A DNA stretch of 64,000 nucleotides. It comes from an uncultured cyanobacterium (lineage in GTDB: Bacteria > Cyanobacteriota > Cyanobacteriia > Cyanobacteriales > Nostocaceae). The stretch lies in contig OY970166.1 in the NCBI GenBank assembly GCA_963706595.1, positions 2,944,001 through 3,008,000 on the forward strand. Reading direction: 5' to 3'. The translations under genes were made by a program, and so were the position numbers. Position 1 is the stretch's first letter; the number at the start of each line of letters is the position of its first letter. Positions 49,987-61,124 of the stretch are shown piece after piece. The notes under the pieces were generated by a model that saw only the letters and a program-made list of their open reading frames with translations, had not been told where the DNA came from and did not search any database.

Positions 49987-50216
49987 AAACAGAAAAATTA
50001 TAGATTACAAATAAATTGGAATTACTAGAAATTGTCTAATACCAGAATCATCATTATCATGATTTTCTTCTGTTTCTAGCATATAAATTACAATTGCCAA
50101 AATAATACATCAAAATTTTATATTTAGTTGAATATTTTATACTTCACAGCTTCTGCATTTGAATGAGGCTGTTCATCTGCAAAAGCTGTAATAAAAAATG
50201 TGTTTTGATGAAAGAG

Positions 50217-51692
50217 TTAAACTGCCAGGTGTTGCTGGACTTGAGATACTAATTCTTTTGTCCAGTGGTTAGCCAGTTCAGCATTAGCCGCTTCTACCAT
50301 GACTCTAATTACTGGTTCAGTACCAGAAGCCCGGACTAATATTCGACCTGCATCACCCATTGCGGCTTCGGCTAAAGCGATCGCCTGTTGTACTGGTATA
50401 CAATCTTGCCAATTCAAGCGGCGATCGCGATCAATAACGCGCACATTCCGCAAAAATTGGGGATAAGTCTCAAAGCTTTGATCTACCATTTCACTCAGGG
50501 GTACACCAGCCTCTTTGACTAAAGCTGCTATATGTAAAGCTGTTAATAAGCCATCACCAGTAATGGCATAATGGCGGCAAAGAATATGACCAGATTGTTC
50601 ACCACCTAACATTCCCCCAGTCCGCATCATTTCTGCTTGGACATATTGATCGCCCACCGCAGTCCGAATTAAATTCCCGCCTTGTTCTTGCCAAGCCCTC
50701 TCAAAGCCTAAGTTAGCCATGACTGTGGAAACAATCAAGTTATCTGGCAGTTGTTGCTGTTGTTTGAGGTGCAGTCCCCACAGATAAAGAATATAATCAC
50801 CATCGACTTGCCTACCAGTATGATCGACAGCTAAGACGCGATCTGCATCGCCATCAAAGGCAAAACCCAAGTCGGCTTGATGTTCCTTGACTGTGGCTTG
50901 CAAGATTCCTAAGTCAGTGGAACCGCAATTAACGTTAATGCGATCGCCATCAGCCTCATTATGTAAGCTGATTACTTCTGCCCCCAGTTCTGTAAATACT
51001 TTTGGCGCTAACCCAACTGCTGCACCCCAGGCTAAGTCTAAGACAATTTTCAGCCCTTGAAGATTCACCGTTTGCTGCAAAGATTCTTTCAAGGTTTCGC
51101 CGTACTGACTCACTAATTCCCGGCGTGAATAATGTCGTCCACAATGACTAACTTTACCTGTAACTGTATGTCCCCGGAGTCCCGCCTCAATCTCTGCCTG
51201 CAATGCTGGAGACAACTTAGAACCATTGCCATTAAAAATCTTAATCCCGTTATCTTCTGGCGGGTTATGACTAGCAGAAATCATCACTCCACCAATGGCT
51301 GCACTGATGCTAGTTAAATAAGCAACCGTGGGAGTGGGACATAACCCCAAATACCAAACCTCTACCCCGGCTGCTGTCAACCCTGCACTTAAAGCCATTG
51401 CCAGCATATCGCTAGAATTACGGGAATCTTGCCCCAGGATGACTGGCCCTGCTTGACAACTATGATTTTGCAAAACCATCCCCGCCCAAAAACCTACTTG
51501 TAATGCTAAGGGCGCATTCAGTAATTCTCCCACTTCTCCCCGAATGCCATCTGTGCCGAACAAGGCATTTTTCGGTAGTAGTGATCCTAAGTTAAGCGCA
51601 AAATTGCCATCCAAACCTTTCCCTGATTTGTGCGATTCGGACTTAGAACTACCTCTAATCTCGCTTTGGGTTTTATTTATAGATGTCACCAT
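50217..51692 (-). CDS. glmM: Phosphoglucosamine mutase
   Basis: [40 protein letters not shown]. Confidence 0.93.
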   Translation of the reverse strand: MVTSINKTQSEIRGSSKSESHKSGKGLDGNFALNLGSLLPKNALFGTDGIRGEVGELLNAPLALQVGFWAGMVLQNHSCQAGPVILGQDSRNSSDMLAMALSAGLTAAGVEVWYLGLCPTPTVAYLTSISAAIGGVMISASHNPPEDNGIKIFNGNGSKLSPALQAEIEAGLRGHTVTGKVSHCGRHYSRRELVSQYGETLKESLQQTVNLQGLKIVLDLAWGAAVGLAPKVFTELGAEVISLHNEADGDRINVNCGSTDLGILQATVKEHQADLGFAFDGDADRVLAVDHTGRQVDGDYILYLWGLHLKQQQQLPDNLIVSTVMANLGFERAWQEQGGNLIRTAVGDQYVQAEMMRTGGMLGGEQSGHILCRHYAITGDGLLTALHIAALVKEAGVPLSEMVDQSFETYPQFLRNVRVIDRDRRLNWQDCIPVQQAIALAEAAMGDAGRILVRASGTEPVIRVMVEAANAELANHWTKELVSQVQQHLAV

Positions 51693-52126
51693 AGGTTTAA
51701 ACTCCTCACACCATCACATTGGCAAATATTACTTTACACGTTAGTTCAGCAATTTCAACTGAGCTAACTGTTTATCTGTAATATATACTCGTTTTTATTT
51801 CAAAAATCCGCATAATCCCATATTTTTAAGTAAATTTACGTAAATTATTCTTTCAGAATGTCAGTATTTTATGTGACGCGTATTTTCTAGTATTTGATAG
51901 TTGGCAATTAAATTCTGACTAGCGATAGTTATTAGCGGCTATTTGGCAAGTTAATCAAAGGCTCAAAAACTGTGAATATGAGAATTTGACAGCAATATTA
52001 ACGCTAAAACCAAAATTTAGCTCAGGATTACAAAAAGTGCCGGAAATGTTTCTCATGCAGTTCTCAATTACTTAGTCCATTGACGTTTGAATCAAAGTCC
52101 AAGTTGGCATTACTTAAAAAATTTTA

Positions 52127-52145
52127 ATATAAATTCTCATCAAAT
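52127..52145 (+). promoter_or_regulatory. Putative FurA box upstream of heme oxygenase
   Basis: ATATAAATTCTCATCAAAT, 16/19 match to the Anabaena FurA consensus AAATAAATTCTCAATAAAT as recalled. Confidence 0.5.
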
Positions 52146-52232
52146 AGTTTTAATCTAACGTTTTGATGGCCTGTTTTAGCCATTCATAAATCGTAACTTC
52201 AGCAATTAACCTTTTAAGTTGAGAAATTTAGT

Positions 52233-52949
52233 ATGAGCAGCAATTTAGCCAGCAAATTACGTCTAGGCACTAAAAAAGCCCATACGATGGCAGAAAATGT
52301 GGGTTTTGTCAAGTGTTTTTTAAAAGGAGTCGTTGAGAAAAACTCTTACCGCAAACTAGTTGCGAACTTTTATTTCATCTACTCCGCGATGGAAGAGGAA
52401 ATGGAAAAGCACCGTCAGCACCCGATTCTCGGCAAAATTAACTTTCCCCAACTCAACCGCAAGCAGACCTTAGAGCAAGATTTGAGTTACTATTTTGGTG
52501 CTAACTGGCGGGAAGAAGTTAAACTTTCGCCAGCCGGGGAAGCTTATGTGCAACGCATCCGTGAAATTTCACAAACAGCACCAGAATTATTAATCGCCCA
52601 TTCCTATACTCGGTATTTGGGTGATTTATCGGGGGGTCAAATCCTCAAAAACATTGCTGTGACAGCGATGAACTTGTCTGACAATGAAGGTACTGCTTTT
52701 TATGAATTTGCAGAGATTACCGACGAGAAGGCATTTAAAGCCCAATACCGTCAGACTTTGGATGAATTACCTCTGGATGAAGCTTCAGGCGATCGCATTG
52801 TCGATGAAGCTAACTCCGCTTTTGGCATGAACATGAAGATGTTCCAAGAATTAGAAGGTAATTTGATTAAATCTATCGGTGTGATGCTGTTTAACAGTCT
52901 CACACGTCGCCGTAATCGTGGCAATACCGAATTGGCTACGGCTGAGTAA
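52233..52949 (+). CDS. ho1: Heme oxygenase (biliverdin-producing)
   Basis: GTKKAHTMAEN, LIAHSYTRYLGDLSGGQIL. Confidence 0.93.
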   Translation: MSSNLASKLRLGTKKAHTMAENVGFVKCFLKGVVEKNSYRKLVANFYFIYSAMEEEMEKHRQHPILGKINFPQLNRKQTLEQDLSYYFGANWREEVKLSPAGEAYVQRIREISQTAPELLIAHSYTRYLGDLSGGQILKNIAVTAMNLSDNEGTAFYEFAEITDEKAFKAQYRQTLDELPLDEASGDRIVDEANSAFGMNMKMFQELEGNLIKSIGVMLFNSLTRRRNRGNTELATAE

Positions 52950-52972
52950 ATTTTTGTTGTAGGTAAAATCTA

Positions 52973-53031
52973 GGGGCAGCTTCTTTGGGGTCATCTTATT
53001 TGAGATGAGGCGATCGCAAAGAAGTTGCCCC
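52973..53031 (+). terminator. Long hairpin after ho1 (terminator/stabiliser)
   Basis: GGGGCAGCTTCTTTG...CAAAGAAGTTGCCCC. Confidence 0.5.
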
Positions 53032-53100
53032 AAATGTTATGACTGGGGGACAATGGGAATAGACGCAATTATCGCCTCGGTGCATATCTTTAACTAAACA

Positions 53101-54141
53101 ATGGCAACAAAAATTCCGGTTACAGTGATTACAGGCTTTTTAGGCAGTGGTAAAACTAGCTTAATTCGCCACCTCCTCCAAAACAACCAAGGACTCCGCA
53201 TTGCTGTGTTAGTCAACGAGTTTGGCGAACTGGGTATTGACGGTGAATTGTTGAAATCCTGTCAGATTTGTCCCGAAGAGGGGGACGATAACAGTAATAT
53301 TTTTGAATTAACTAATGGCTGCTTATGTTGTACCGTGCAGGAAGAGTTTTATCCCACGATGCAAGAATTAATCAAGCGGCGAGATAGCATTGACTGTATT
53401 TTAATTGAAACTTCGGGTTTAGCTTTACCCAAACCTTTAATTAAAGCCTTTCGCTGGCAAGAAATTCGCGCTGCGGCTACAGTGGATGCTGTGATTACGG
53501 TGGTAGATTGTGCAGCAGTCGCATCAGGCACATTTGCTAGTAGTCCAGAGGCGATCGCATCCCAACGCCAAGCAGATGATAGTCTAGAACATGAGACACC
53601 CTTGCAAGAACTGTTTGAAGACCAACTGGCTTGTGCAGACTTGGTAGTGTTGAATAAAACTGATTTAGTCGATATTGCTACCAAGCATCGAGTAGAGGAA
53701 TTGATTAAGCAAGAATTGCCCAGAGTGGTGAAGATTGTGTCAAGCGATCGCGGTAAACTGGATGCCTCTATTTTACTAGGATTCCAAGCGGCAGTTGAAG
53801 ATAATTTAGATAGTCGTCCCAGCCATCACGACACCGAAGAGGAACACGAACACGACGAAGAGATTACCTCAACTCACTTAGTTTTAAACCGCACCTTTGA
53901 CCCCGAAAAACTACAACAACAACTGCAAAAACTCGCAAACCAACAAGAAATTTATCGCATCAAAGGCTTTGTCGCAGTAGCAAACAAACCCATGCGTCTA
54001 GTAATGCAAGGTGTCGGCACTCGATTTGATAAATTTTATGACCGTCTTTGGAAACCACAAGAACCTCAACAAACCAGCTTAGTTTTCATTGGTCGTGATT
54101 TGCAAGCTTCAGAAATCGAATCACAATTGGTAGCTTTATAA
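53101..54141 (+). CDS. cobW: Cobalamin biosynthesis GTPase CobW (COG0523)
   Basis: TGFLGSGKT, NEFG, GCLCCTVQEEF, HETPLQELFEDQ. Confidence 0.9.
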   Translation: MATKIPVTVITGFLGSGKTSLIRHLLQNNQGLRIAVLVNEFGELGIDGELLKSCQICPEEGDDNSNIFELTNGCLCCTVQEEFYPTMQELIKRRDSIDCILIETSGLALPKPLIKAFRWQEIRAAATVDAVITVVDCAAVASGTFASSPEAIASQRQADDSLEHETPLQELFEDQLACADLVVLNKTDLVDIATKHRVEELIKQELPRVVKIVSSDRGKLDASILLGFQAAVEDNLDSRPSHHDTEEEHEHDEEITSTHLVLNRTFDPEKLQQQLQKLANQQEIYRIKGFVAVANKPMRLVMQGVGTRFDKFYDRLWKPQEPQQTSLVFIGRDLQASEIESQLVAL

Positions 54142-54154
54142 TCTCCCCAAATCT

Positions 54155-54631
54155 ATGAATATCTCTCAACTATTTGACATTTCTAATATTTTCGTTTTAC
54201 CCTTTTGGGTGTTGATGATTTTTCTCCCCAAGTGGAAACTAACCCGGCGGGTAATGGAATCATATCTACCTTTTGTAGTATTGGCTGGCGCATATTTGTA
54301 TTTGTTTGTCAACAGCATTACACCAGAAAATGCCGCCGCTTTATCCAATCCCCAATTAGCTGATATTGCCCGATTTTTGGGTGATGAAACAGCAGCAGCA
54401 ACCGGATGGATTCATTTTTTAGTGATGGATTTATTTGTCGGTCGTTGGATATATTTAGAAGGGCAGAAAACAGGTATTTGGACAATTCACTCAATTGCTT
54501 TGTGTTTGTTTGCTGGTCCTTTGGGTTTACTATCCCATATCTTAACTTACTGGATTACTAAGGCATTTTTTCCCAATTCACAGACAACTGAAGCGGTAGT
54601 AGAAGAAGCTGTTGCTTCCAGTCACAGTTAG
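54155..54631 (+). CDS. ABA4-like (DUF4281) membrane protein
   Basis: PFWVLMIFLP.W, GWIHFLVMDLFVGRW, GPLGLL. Confidence 0.88.
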   Translation: MNISQLFDISNIFVLPFWVLMIFLPKWKLTRRVMESYLPFVVLAGAYLYLFVNSITPENAAALSNPQLADIARFLGDETAAATGWIHFLVMDLFVGRWIYLEGQKTGIWTIHSIALCLFAGPLGLLSHILTYWITKAFFPNSQTTEAVVEEAVASSHS

Positions 54632-54757
54632 ATAGTCCAGAAAAACATGATTGTAGGTTGGGTTGAACGCAGTAAAACCCAACAAAGCCTAGCAAATGTT
54701 GGGTTTTGTGCCATTCCTTCGCCACGCTGACGCGAACAACCCAACCTACTTAGATAT

Positions 54758-55003
54758 TTATCTTTGTTTATTAGTAGTAGAAGAGGTTGAAAGTTGAGGA
54801 TGTCGATAATTTGCATCTACCCAACAGCGTGGTAAACTTTCGCCAGAGGGGAATACGAGATTTTGTTTTTGATAAGTATCAGGTTCTTGTTCTTCTTCAC
54901 CTAATTGATCTTGGGCGTGGATAATATTAGTATTGGGGTCAATTAATTCTTGAAAATCAAGAACTTTGATGATATCCTCAGAATTTTTGAGTTGTAAAAA
55001 CAT
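54758..55003 (-). CDS. Small conserved hypothetical protein
   Basis: Q.GEEEQEP...K..LVFPSGESLPRCW.D..Y motif. Confidence 0.8.
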   Translation of the reverse strand: MFLQLKNSEDIIKVLDFQELIDPNTNIIHAQDQLGEEEQEPDTYQKQNLVFPSGESLPRCWVDANYRHPQLSTSSTTNKQR

Positions 55004-55086
55004 ATAAATTACCTGATTAAATTTCTATGCAAGATTAACGCGAATTCATGGAAAAATTCGTTGATAAATTAACTACTCATGTTTAC

Positions 55087-55311
55087 TTAACTAGACTCTT
55101 CCACCAATTTCTTAAACCGCAGATATGCTTGTTCTGGTGTCAGAGGTTGAGATTCTTCTTCATTGGGGATATAGTATTGCCTGCTATCAGGAAAATGGCG
55201 CACCAAAAAGCTAGGAATTAAACCCAATTTTAAAGCTTTTTTACCAAGTTCTTCGGCTGTTTCGGCTAAAGTGTATTCATCGTGAAACTGATATGCACTC
55301 ATATCTGTCAC
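55087..55311 (-). CDS. Hypothetical protein
   Basis: GGAGG RBS before GTG; 74 aa. Confidence 0.7.
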   Translation of the reverse strand: MTDMSAYQFHDEYTLAETAEELGKKALKLGLIPSFLVRHFPDSRQYYIPNEEESQPLTPEQAYLRFKKLVEESS

Positions 55312-55364
55312 CTCCTAGTCGAGGCTGCCAAAAACGCAAATTATCAACACTCAGAAGGCAGAAA

Positions 55365-55673
55365 TTAACTCTGGCGTTGATATTTCTCTAAAATATCTAC
55401 TAGGTTTACTTGACATTGCAGTGGTAGGAGATCATTTAAAGGCAATTCTTTTCTCCCACCGCCAATTTTGACGGGGATAGATTCTAACACTGCAATAACT
55501 CGGTCTTCATTGACAGTTTGAGAAGTAATTAAGGGATACATCTGTTCAGCAACTACAGTATGTAGTTTGGCATCCGACAAATAAAGATGCCATTTGGCAA
55601 TGTCTATATAAACAGCCTCGCCAATTTCAGCAGCTAGGGCTTCCAGTAATTCTGCGGTTTGAGTTGTTGCCAT
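55365..55673 (-). CDS. DUF3181 family protein
   Basis: LAAEIGEAVYIDIAKWHLYL.DAKL, KIGGGR. Confidence 0.85.
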   Translation of the reverse strand: MATTQTAELLEALAAEIGEAVYIDIAKWHLYLSDAKLHTVVAEQMYPLITSQTVNEDRVIAVLESIPVKIGGGRKELPLNDLLPLQCQVNLVDILEKYQRQS

Positions 55674-55793
55674 AAAAATCACCTTAGATCAACAAAGAGA
55701 GTTAACTATCAAGGTCTTTAACTATTATCGCGCAATTATTCAGCTGGATCTACTGCCACAGGTTACAATCGCCCTAGCCTTAACACTCCGTCT

Positions 55794-56052
55794 TTAGGTG
55801 GATTTAGTTGGAGTTTCCGTATAGTTAGCGATCGCACTAATATAAATCAGATGCACCAACAAGACTAATATCCAACCTGCGGTTAACCAGGGTAGCCATT
55901 CCCAGGTAGTTGCTTTTAAGTTGTGGAAAAACCATAAACTAGAATTAACAGTCTGTAGTCAGTGCGACATGAACAGCAAAATTAATCCGGTCGTCTAACT
56001 TGCGGAATGCTGGGTCTTTGCGGTCGGGTTTGCGAGGCCAACGAGGAGGCAT
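55794..56052 (-). pseudogene. 2TM-domain small membrane protein with a +1 frameshift
   Basis: MPPRWPRKPDRKDPAFRKLDDRINFAVHVA then frame change to TVNSSLWFFHNL...TKST*; 259 nt = 86 codons + 1. Confidence 0.75.
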
Positions 56053-56252
56053 AAATATTTATTACAGACTTGAACACGGTAGAAACACAGCTGTTTGGCC
56101 ATGTACTTACTCATTCTAAAGCAAAAAATTGGTTCATCAACCAATTGGGTGAGGTTTTAATTTATTGGAGTTAAAGGTGATTCGTCTTTTTGATAGAGGC
56201 AGTTAATACATCGACTTGTCAGGATCTAAATAAGCGTTAGAGGTAGATCAAA

Positions 56253-56450
56253 ATGACGAAAGCAAATCCTGTAGAAATCCAAAAACATTTGAAAGGTTTT
56301 GATTATCCGGCGGGAAAGTCAGATTTAATCAAGCACGCTAAACAACAGGGTGCTGATCAAGATGTCATCTCAATATTAGAACAACTACCAGAAAATCAAG
56401 AGTACCAAACTCCAACTGATCTCAACAAAGCCATCGGCAAGATTATCTAG
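56253..56450 (+). CDS. DUF2795 family protein
   Basis: [17 protein letters not shown]. Confidence 0.85.
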   Translation: MTKANPVEIQKHLKGFDYPAGKSDLIKHAKQQGADQDVISILEQLPENQEYQTPTDLNKAIGKII

Positions 56451-56958
56451 ATTGTGCTAATAGCGAGGAATAGTCGCCTGATTTTCCGCCAGTTTTACTT
56501 ACTAATTGAATCGATTCAATGACAATAGACTTTTCTAAAGCTTTAGCCATATCGTATAAAGTCAAAGCCGCTACAGAAACGGCTGTTAAAGCTTCCATTT
56601 CCACGCCTGTTTCGGCTTTGGTTTTGACTGTGGCATGAATTTGATAACCGGGTAGTTGGGGGTCTGGTGTAACTTCTACTGTAATTTTTTGTAGTGGCAA
56701 GGGATGACACAGGGGAATCAATGTCGCCGTCTGTTTAGCTGCCATAATTCCCGCCAATCTCGCTGTTGCCAAGACATCGCCTTTTGGGGCATTGCCAGCT
56801 TGAATGGCGGCAAAGGTTTCTGGCAACATTCGCACCTTAGCCACAGCTACTGCTTCCCTGATTGTGGGCATCTTAGCAGACACATCTACCATCTGTGCTG
56901 CGCCCTGATGATCAAGGTGGGTTAATTCGGCAGAATTAGATAAAAAATTGTCTTGCAT
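56443..56958 (-). CDS. moaC: Cyclic pyranopterin monophosphate synthase
   Basis: [39 protein letters not shown]. Confidence 0.96.
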   Translation of the reverse strand: MQDNFLSNSAELTHLDHQGAAQMVDVSAKMPTIREAVAVAKVRMLPETFAAIQAGNAPKGDVLATARLAGIMAAKQTATLIPLCHPLPLQKITVEVTPDPQLPGYQIHATVKTKAETGVEMEALTAVSVAALTLYDMAKALEKSIVIESIQLVSKTGGKSGDYSSLLAQSR

Positions 56959-56981
56959 TATTTTGATAGTAGTGTTATGAT
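56953..56981 (+). promoter_or_regulatory. Probable tRNA promoter overlapping the moaC start codon
   Basis: TTGCAT-17 nt-TATGAT. Confidence 0.55.
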
Positions 56982-56994
56982 GAAATTCTTGTGA

Positions 56995-57068
56995 GGGTGT
57001 GTAGCTCAGTGGACTAGAGCACGTGGCTACGGACCACGGTGTCGGGGGTTCGAATCCCTCCTCGCCCG
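56995..57068 (+). tRNA. trnR: tRNA-Arg(ACG)
   Basis: Cloverleaf: GGGTGTG/CTCGCCC acceptor, CGTGG-CTACGGA-CCACG anticodon arm, GTTCGAATC T-loop; CCA not encoded. Confidence 0.95.
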
Positions 57069-57078
57069 CTTGAAAAAA

Positions 57079-57118
57079 GAAAAGGCAAAGTAGATATGTT
57101 TCTATTTTGCCTTTTTTT
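57079..57118. terminator. Bidirectional intrinsic terminator
   Basis: AAAAGGCAAAGTAGA...TCTATTTTGCCTTTTTTT between the convergent tRNA and MFS genes. Confidence 0.75.
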
Positions 57119-57123
57119 AATTT

Positions 57124-58358
57124 TTAGTTGCCATTATTTAAAGCATAAGTATCTTCAGCCCGGCCTAAAGCAAAGCGCAAGGAGTTGCTGAGGTCATGGC
57201 TGGACTGGGTGAGAAAGATGATAATCGCCAGAAAGGTTAAACCAGCACCATAACCAAACATATTGCGGTAGCCGACTTGTTCGGCGATGGAACCGAGAAC
57301 TGGCCAGCGATCGCAATGCCAATATCTAATCCCACCATAGACACGCCAAAGATTCGCCCTCGTTCATGAGGGTGGGCGCGGTCGGTCATCATTGCGGCCA
57401 TCATCGGAATTGCGGTTCCAGAAGCCGCACCTTCGACAAATGCTGATAGTAAGAACATCGGGGCGCTGTTGGCTTGCCATATACCTACCATCGCTAAGGT
57501 AAAGGCAATCAAGCTGAGGGTGATAAATAAACCTCTGCCATAGCGGTCAGAAGCCCGACCAATAAACAACCTGACATTAAAACTAGCGATCGCTGCTACT
57601 GTGTAAAACAGTCCTGGATTCAAATCTATATTAGTGGATTTGATAAATAAGGGGACAAAGGTATGCAAAGTCCCTAAAGCCACACCAATTAACAACATGA
57701 CAATTGCGGGAATCCGCACGCGGGGACTAAATAACAGTTTCCAAAATTGGTTGTCAGTGGGGCGGCTGTGGGGCGGATCATCAACAGGCGGATTGACAAT
57801 AGGTATTATACATAGCATTCCTATAAAACCCAAAGCCGCAGATAAAATAAATAAAGGGGTATAACCAGCTGCGGCTTGTAAATATCCCCCCAAGGCTGGA
57901 CCAATAGCCACACCAATGGGATTTACCAAACTCATGTAGCCAATAACTTCACCACGATTTTTAGCCGGGGCTAAATCTCCCACCAATGCCATGTAAGCAG
58001 TAGCAAAAGCCGCAATACTGATGCCGTGAAAGGCACGTAACACCATTAATGGCATAAGTGAGGTGGTGAAGATGTAACCTAGAGGTGCGATCGCAGCTGC
58101 TGACATTCCAATCAGCATCACAATCTTACGACCCCGCCGATCTGCTAAATTGCTACACCAAGGGCGAAATAATAACATCCCGATGGCAAAACTGCCCATT
58201 ACAATGCCAATCTGTTGACTAGTTGCGCCTAAATCTTCGATATACAGGGGTAACGTGGGCAATAACGAGGCAATGCTAGACCAGAATAATAAACCTGCTG
58301 TAAATAACACCAGCAGGTTACGTCGTAGTTTAGCGTCCAATGTATGAAGAACTTTCAA
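57124..58358 (-). pseudogene. MFS transporter with a 1-nt deletion near the 3' end (or sequencing error)
   Basis: LADRRGRK and ASDRYGRG MFS motifs; after ...IAIAG the frame PVLGSIAEQVGYRNMF...ALNNGN* continues in another frame at ~57303. Confidence 0.75.
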
Positions 58359-58402
58359 AATAGATGTAAGTTTATTTCCAGAGTGTTAATCACATTGTTA
58401 CG

Positions 58403-59413
58403 TTACTTAACATTTTTCGCTACTACTTCTCGGACTCGATAGATGGGGCGACCTTGAGATTCATGGTAAGTCCGCATCAATAACTCAGCCAACAAACCAA
58501 AGCAAAACAACTGCACCCCAGTCACTAGCAGCAGAACTGCCAAAATCAGCAAAGGGCGATTACCAATGGCTTCACCTAAAGCTAATTTAATAAAAGTTAA
58601 GTACATCCCAATCAGCGTTCCTGTCACCATCGAACCTAAACCCAACAGCCCAAAAACGTGCATGGGACGGGTGAGAAACTTCTTCATAAAGTAAATAGTT
58701 AACAAATCCATCATCACGCGGAACGTCCGCCAAATCCCATATTTACTGCGACCGAAACGCCGCGCATGGTGACGCACTGGGATTTCGGTAATTCGCGCCC
58801 CTTCAATGTAAGCCAAAGCAGGCAAAAATCGGTGCAGTTCGCCGTAGAGATTCATATCTGCTACTACTTCCGACCGATAAGCTTTGAGAGAACAACCATA
58901 ATCATGTAACTTAACTTCTGTCACCTTCCCAATCAGCCAATTGGCAATTTTAGAAGGAATTAACCGGGAAATGACAGCATCTTGGCGTTGATGTCGCCAA
59001 CCACTCACCAAATCATAGCCTTGTTCTAACTTCGCTAATAATAAGGGAATATCAGCCGGGTCATTTTGCAAATCAGCATCTAAGGTGACAATTACTTTGC
59101 CGATAGCATACTTAAACCCAGCCGCCATGGCTGCACTTTGTCCGTAATTGCGACGCAGCAGCACCGCTTTTAAATCAGTGCGGATTTGCGCTTGTTCCTT
59201 AAGAAATTCAGCCGAACCATCTGTAGAACCATCATCCACACAAATGATTTCATAACTAAAATTACTATCGCTGATATTAGAAGCGATCGCCTCCAGCAAA
59301 AGTGGTAAACTCTCCACCTCATCCCGCACCGGCACAACCACCGAAACATCGGGGACAATCACCGAAATCGCCCCACTTTCCTCATTTAACCTGCCAATTA
59401 ACCCACTCCTCAT
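58403..59413 (-). CDS. GT2 polyprenol-phosphate glycosyltransferase (ArnC/GtrB-like)
   Basis: VDDGSTD, RNYGQSAA, LDADLQNDP, two C-terminal TM helices. Confidence 0.9.
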   Translation of the reverse strand: MRSGLIGRLNEESGAISVIVPDVSVVVPVRDEVESLPLLLEAIASNISDSNFSYEIICVDDGSTDGSAEFLKEQAQIRTDLKAVLLRRNYGQSAAMAAGFKYAIGKVIVTLDADLQNDPADIPLLLAKLEQGYDLVSGWRHQRQDAVISRLIPSKIANWLIGKVTEVKLHDYGCSLKAYRSEVVADMNLYGELHRFLPALAYIEGARITEIPVRHHARRFGRSKYGIWRTFRVMMDLLTIYFMKKFLTRPMHVFGLLGLGSMVTGTLIGMYLTFIKLALGEAIGNRPLLILAVLLLVTGVQLFCFGLLAELLMRTYHESQGRPIYRVREVVAKNVK

Positions 59414-59448
59414 CTTCCTCAGCGTCCTCTGCGTCTCTGTGGTATGCG

Positions 59449-60156
59449 CTACGCGCACGTTTCACGAATGTAACTCTTCATCACCCTACCCGCACCTCGC
59501 AGTTGCTGATAATATGACTGACTCACCCCATCGCCCTGTTCCGAGAGCATATCAATCCCGATCCCATTACGTCCCTGATCTTTTCCCGAACTATGAATGT
59601 AATAACTATCGCCCAAATACAGCCCGACGTGAGTTGCTTTCTGAGAAGTGCCAAAAAACACTAAATCCCCAGGTAATAACTCAGCCACAGGAATTTTCTC
59701 AGTAAAAGCTTCCTGTTGATAAGCATCTCTAGGTAACCAAACACCCACCGACACAAAAGCCGCCTGCATTAACCCCGAACAGTCGTAATTGGGCGCGACT
59801 GTACCACCCCACAGATAATAATTTGACTGCTGCATGGCTTTTTGAGTAAAACCAATGATATCTGGTAGTAGTTTCCTAATCTCAGACTCAGAAAATGATT
59901 TAGCCTGATAAAGTACAGTAGCAGGTTGTAATATACCCAAGTCGGCAAAAGATACCCACCCTGGATAGTCATCCTCACACAAACACACTTCCACTGCTGA
60001 CACCTGATGATTTGATCTGATTCGCAAATGTCGCCCAGCAGCAGCTTGAGTTGTCAGGCGCGTACATTCAGGAGAATCATATAAATTCAGATCAGCGATA
60101 CAGTGGTATTCTGCCGATATCGAATTTAGGATTTGGGATTCTGGATTAGAGAGCAT
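59449..60156 (-). CDS. NlpC/P60 (C40) peptidase
   Basis: YLWGG...YDCSGL, LPRDAYQQ, GDLVFF, HVGLY, IHSS. Confidence 0.9.
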   Translation of the reverse strand: MLSNPESQILNSISAEYHCIADLNLYDSPECTRLTTQAAAGRHLRIRSNHQVSAVEVCLCEDDYPGWVSFADLGILQPATVLYQAKSFSESEIRKLLPDIIGFTQKAMQQSNYYLWGGTVAPNYDCSGLMQAAFVSVGVWLPRDAYQQEAFTEKIPVAELLPGDLVFFGTSQKATHVGLYLGDSYYIHSSGKDQGRNGIGIDMLSEQGDGVSQSYYQQLRGAGRVMKSYIRETCA

Positions 60157-60162
60157 TCTGCA

Positions 60163-61101
60163 ATGATTTTCTTTAGAAAAGACGAACAACTCGAAAATCT
60201 TGGTAATGGCATTTTAGAGGCAACTTGGGCAACATTTCCCACCTTAGCCCGTAACCAAGTCGCTTTAACTTGGATTGTCTATGATCCCCCAGTACCTGTA
60301 AATACTGGTGGGGCTTTGACTCCTGACGCTTTTTGGAATCATTCAGTCCGTGGTTTTACCTATCGTGGTGTGGAACGAATTTACCCCGCCAGTGTAGTTA
60401 AACTGTTTTATTTGGTCGCTGTGAACGAATGGCTGGAAAAAGGCATGACTTCATCTTCTCAGGAGTTGGAACGAGCCTTGCGGGATATGATTGTTGATTC
60501 TAGCAATGATGCGACTAGTTTAGTTGTAGATATCCTCAGTGGTACGACTTCTGGACCAGAGTTACCTGTTGGTCCCTTTGAAACTTGGAAATATCAGCGT
60601 CATATTGTTAACCGCTATTTTCAATCTTTGGGTTGGGAGGAAATGGAAACAATTAATGTCTGTCAAAAAACTTGGGGTGATGGACCTTATGGCAGGGAAC
60701 GGGCGTTTTATGGGGAAATGCTAGATAATCGGAATATGGTGACTACTAATGCGATCGCCAAGTTAGTTCATAGTATTGTGGGTGGGGTGGCAGTGTCTAG
60801 CGCGCGATCGCAAGCCATGATGAGTTTGCTCAACCGTAGTCTCAACCCTGATGATTTGCCTACTGATGTCGAAGAAGACCAAGTAACAGGTTTTTTGGGC
60901 AGTGGACTCAGCCCAGATGCTCAAATTTGGTCAAAAGCAGGTTGGACAAGTCAAGTTCGCCATGATGCAGCGTATATTGAGTTACCCGAACAGCGCCCGT
61001 ATATCTTAGTAGTATTTACTGAAGGTAAAGCCAACGCTAAACGCCGGGATATTCTACCTTTTATTTCTCAGCTATTTGCCAAAGAAATTAGTAGCCTATA
61101 A
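60163..61101 (+). CDS. Class A beta-lactamase-like serine hydrolase
   Basis: PASVVK (SxxK), SSN, SKAGW. Confidence 0.88.
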   Translation: MIFFRKDEQLENLGNGILEATWATFPTLARNQVALTWIVYDPPVPVNTGGALTPDAFWNHSVRGFTYRGVERIYPASVVKLFYLVAVNEWLEKGMTSSSQELERALRDMIVDSSNDATSLVVDILSGTTSGPELPVGPFETWKYQRHIVNRYFQSLGWEEMETINVCQKTWGDGPYGRERAFYGEMLDNRNMVTTNAIAKLVHSIVGGVAVSSARSQAMMSLLNRSLNPDDLPTDVEEDQVTGFLGSGLSPDAQIWSKAGWTSQVRHDAAYIELPEQRPYILVVFTEGKANAKRRDILPFISQLFAKEISSL

Positions 61102-61124
61102 AACCTCACCCCAACCCTCTCCTT

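Noticed and set aside
52950..53100. Cobalamin riboswitch upstream of cobW
   Set aside because: Region is short, dominated by one hairpin, with no B12 box
56995..57068. tRNA as an integration site for an island
   Set aside because: No integrase and no duplicated tRNA 3' end seen in the window
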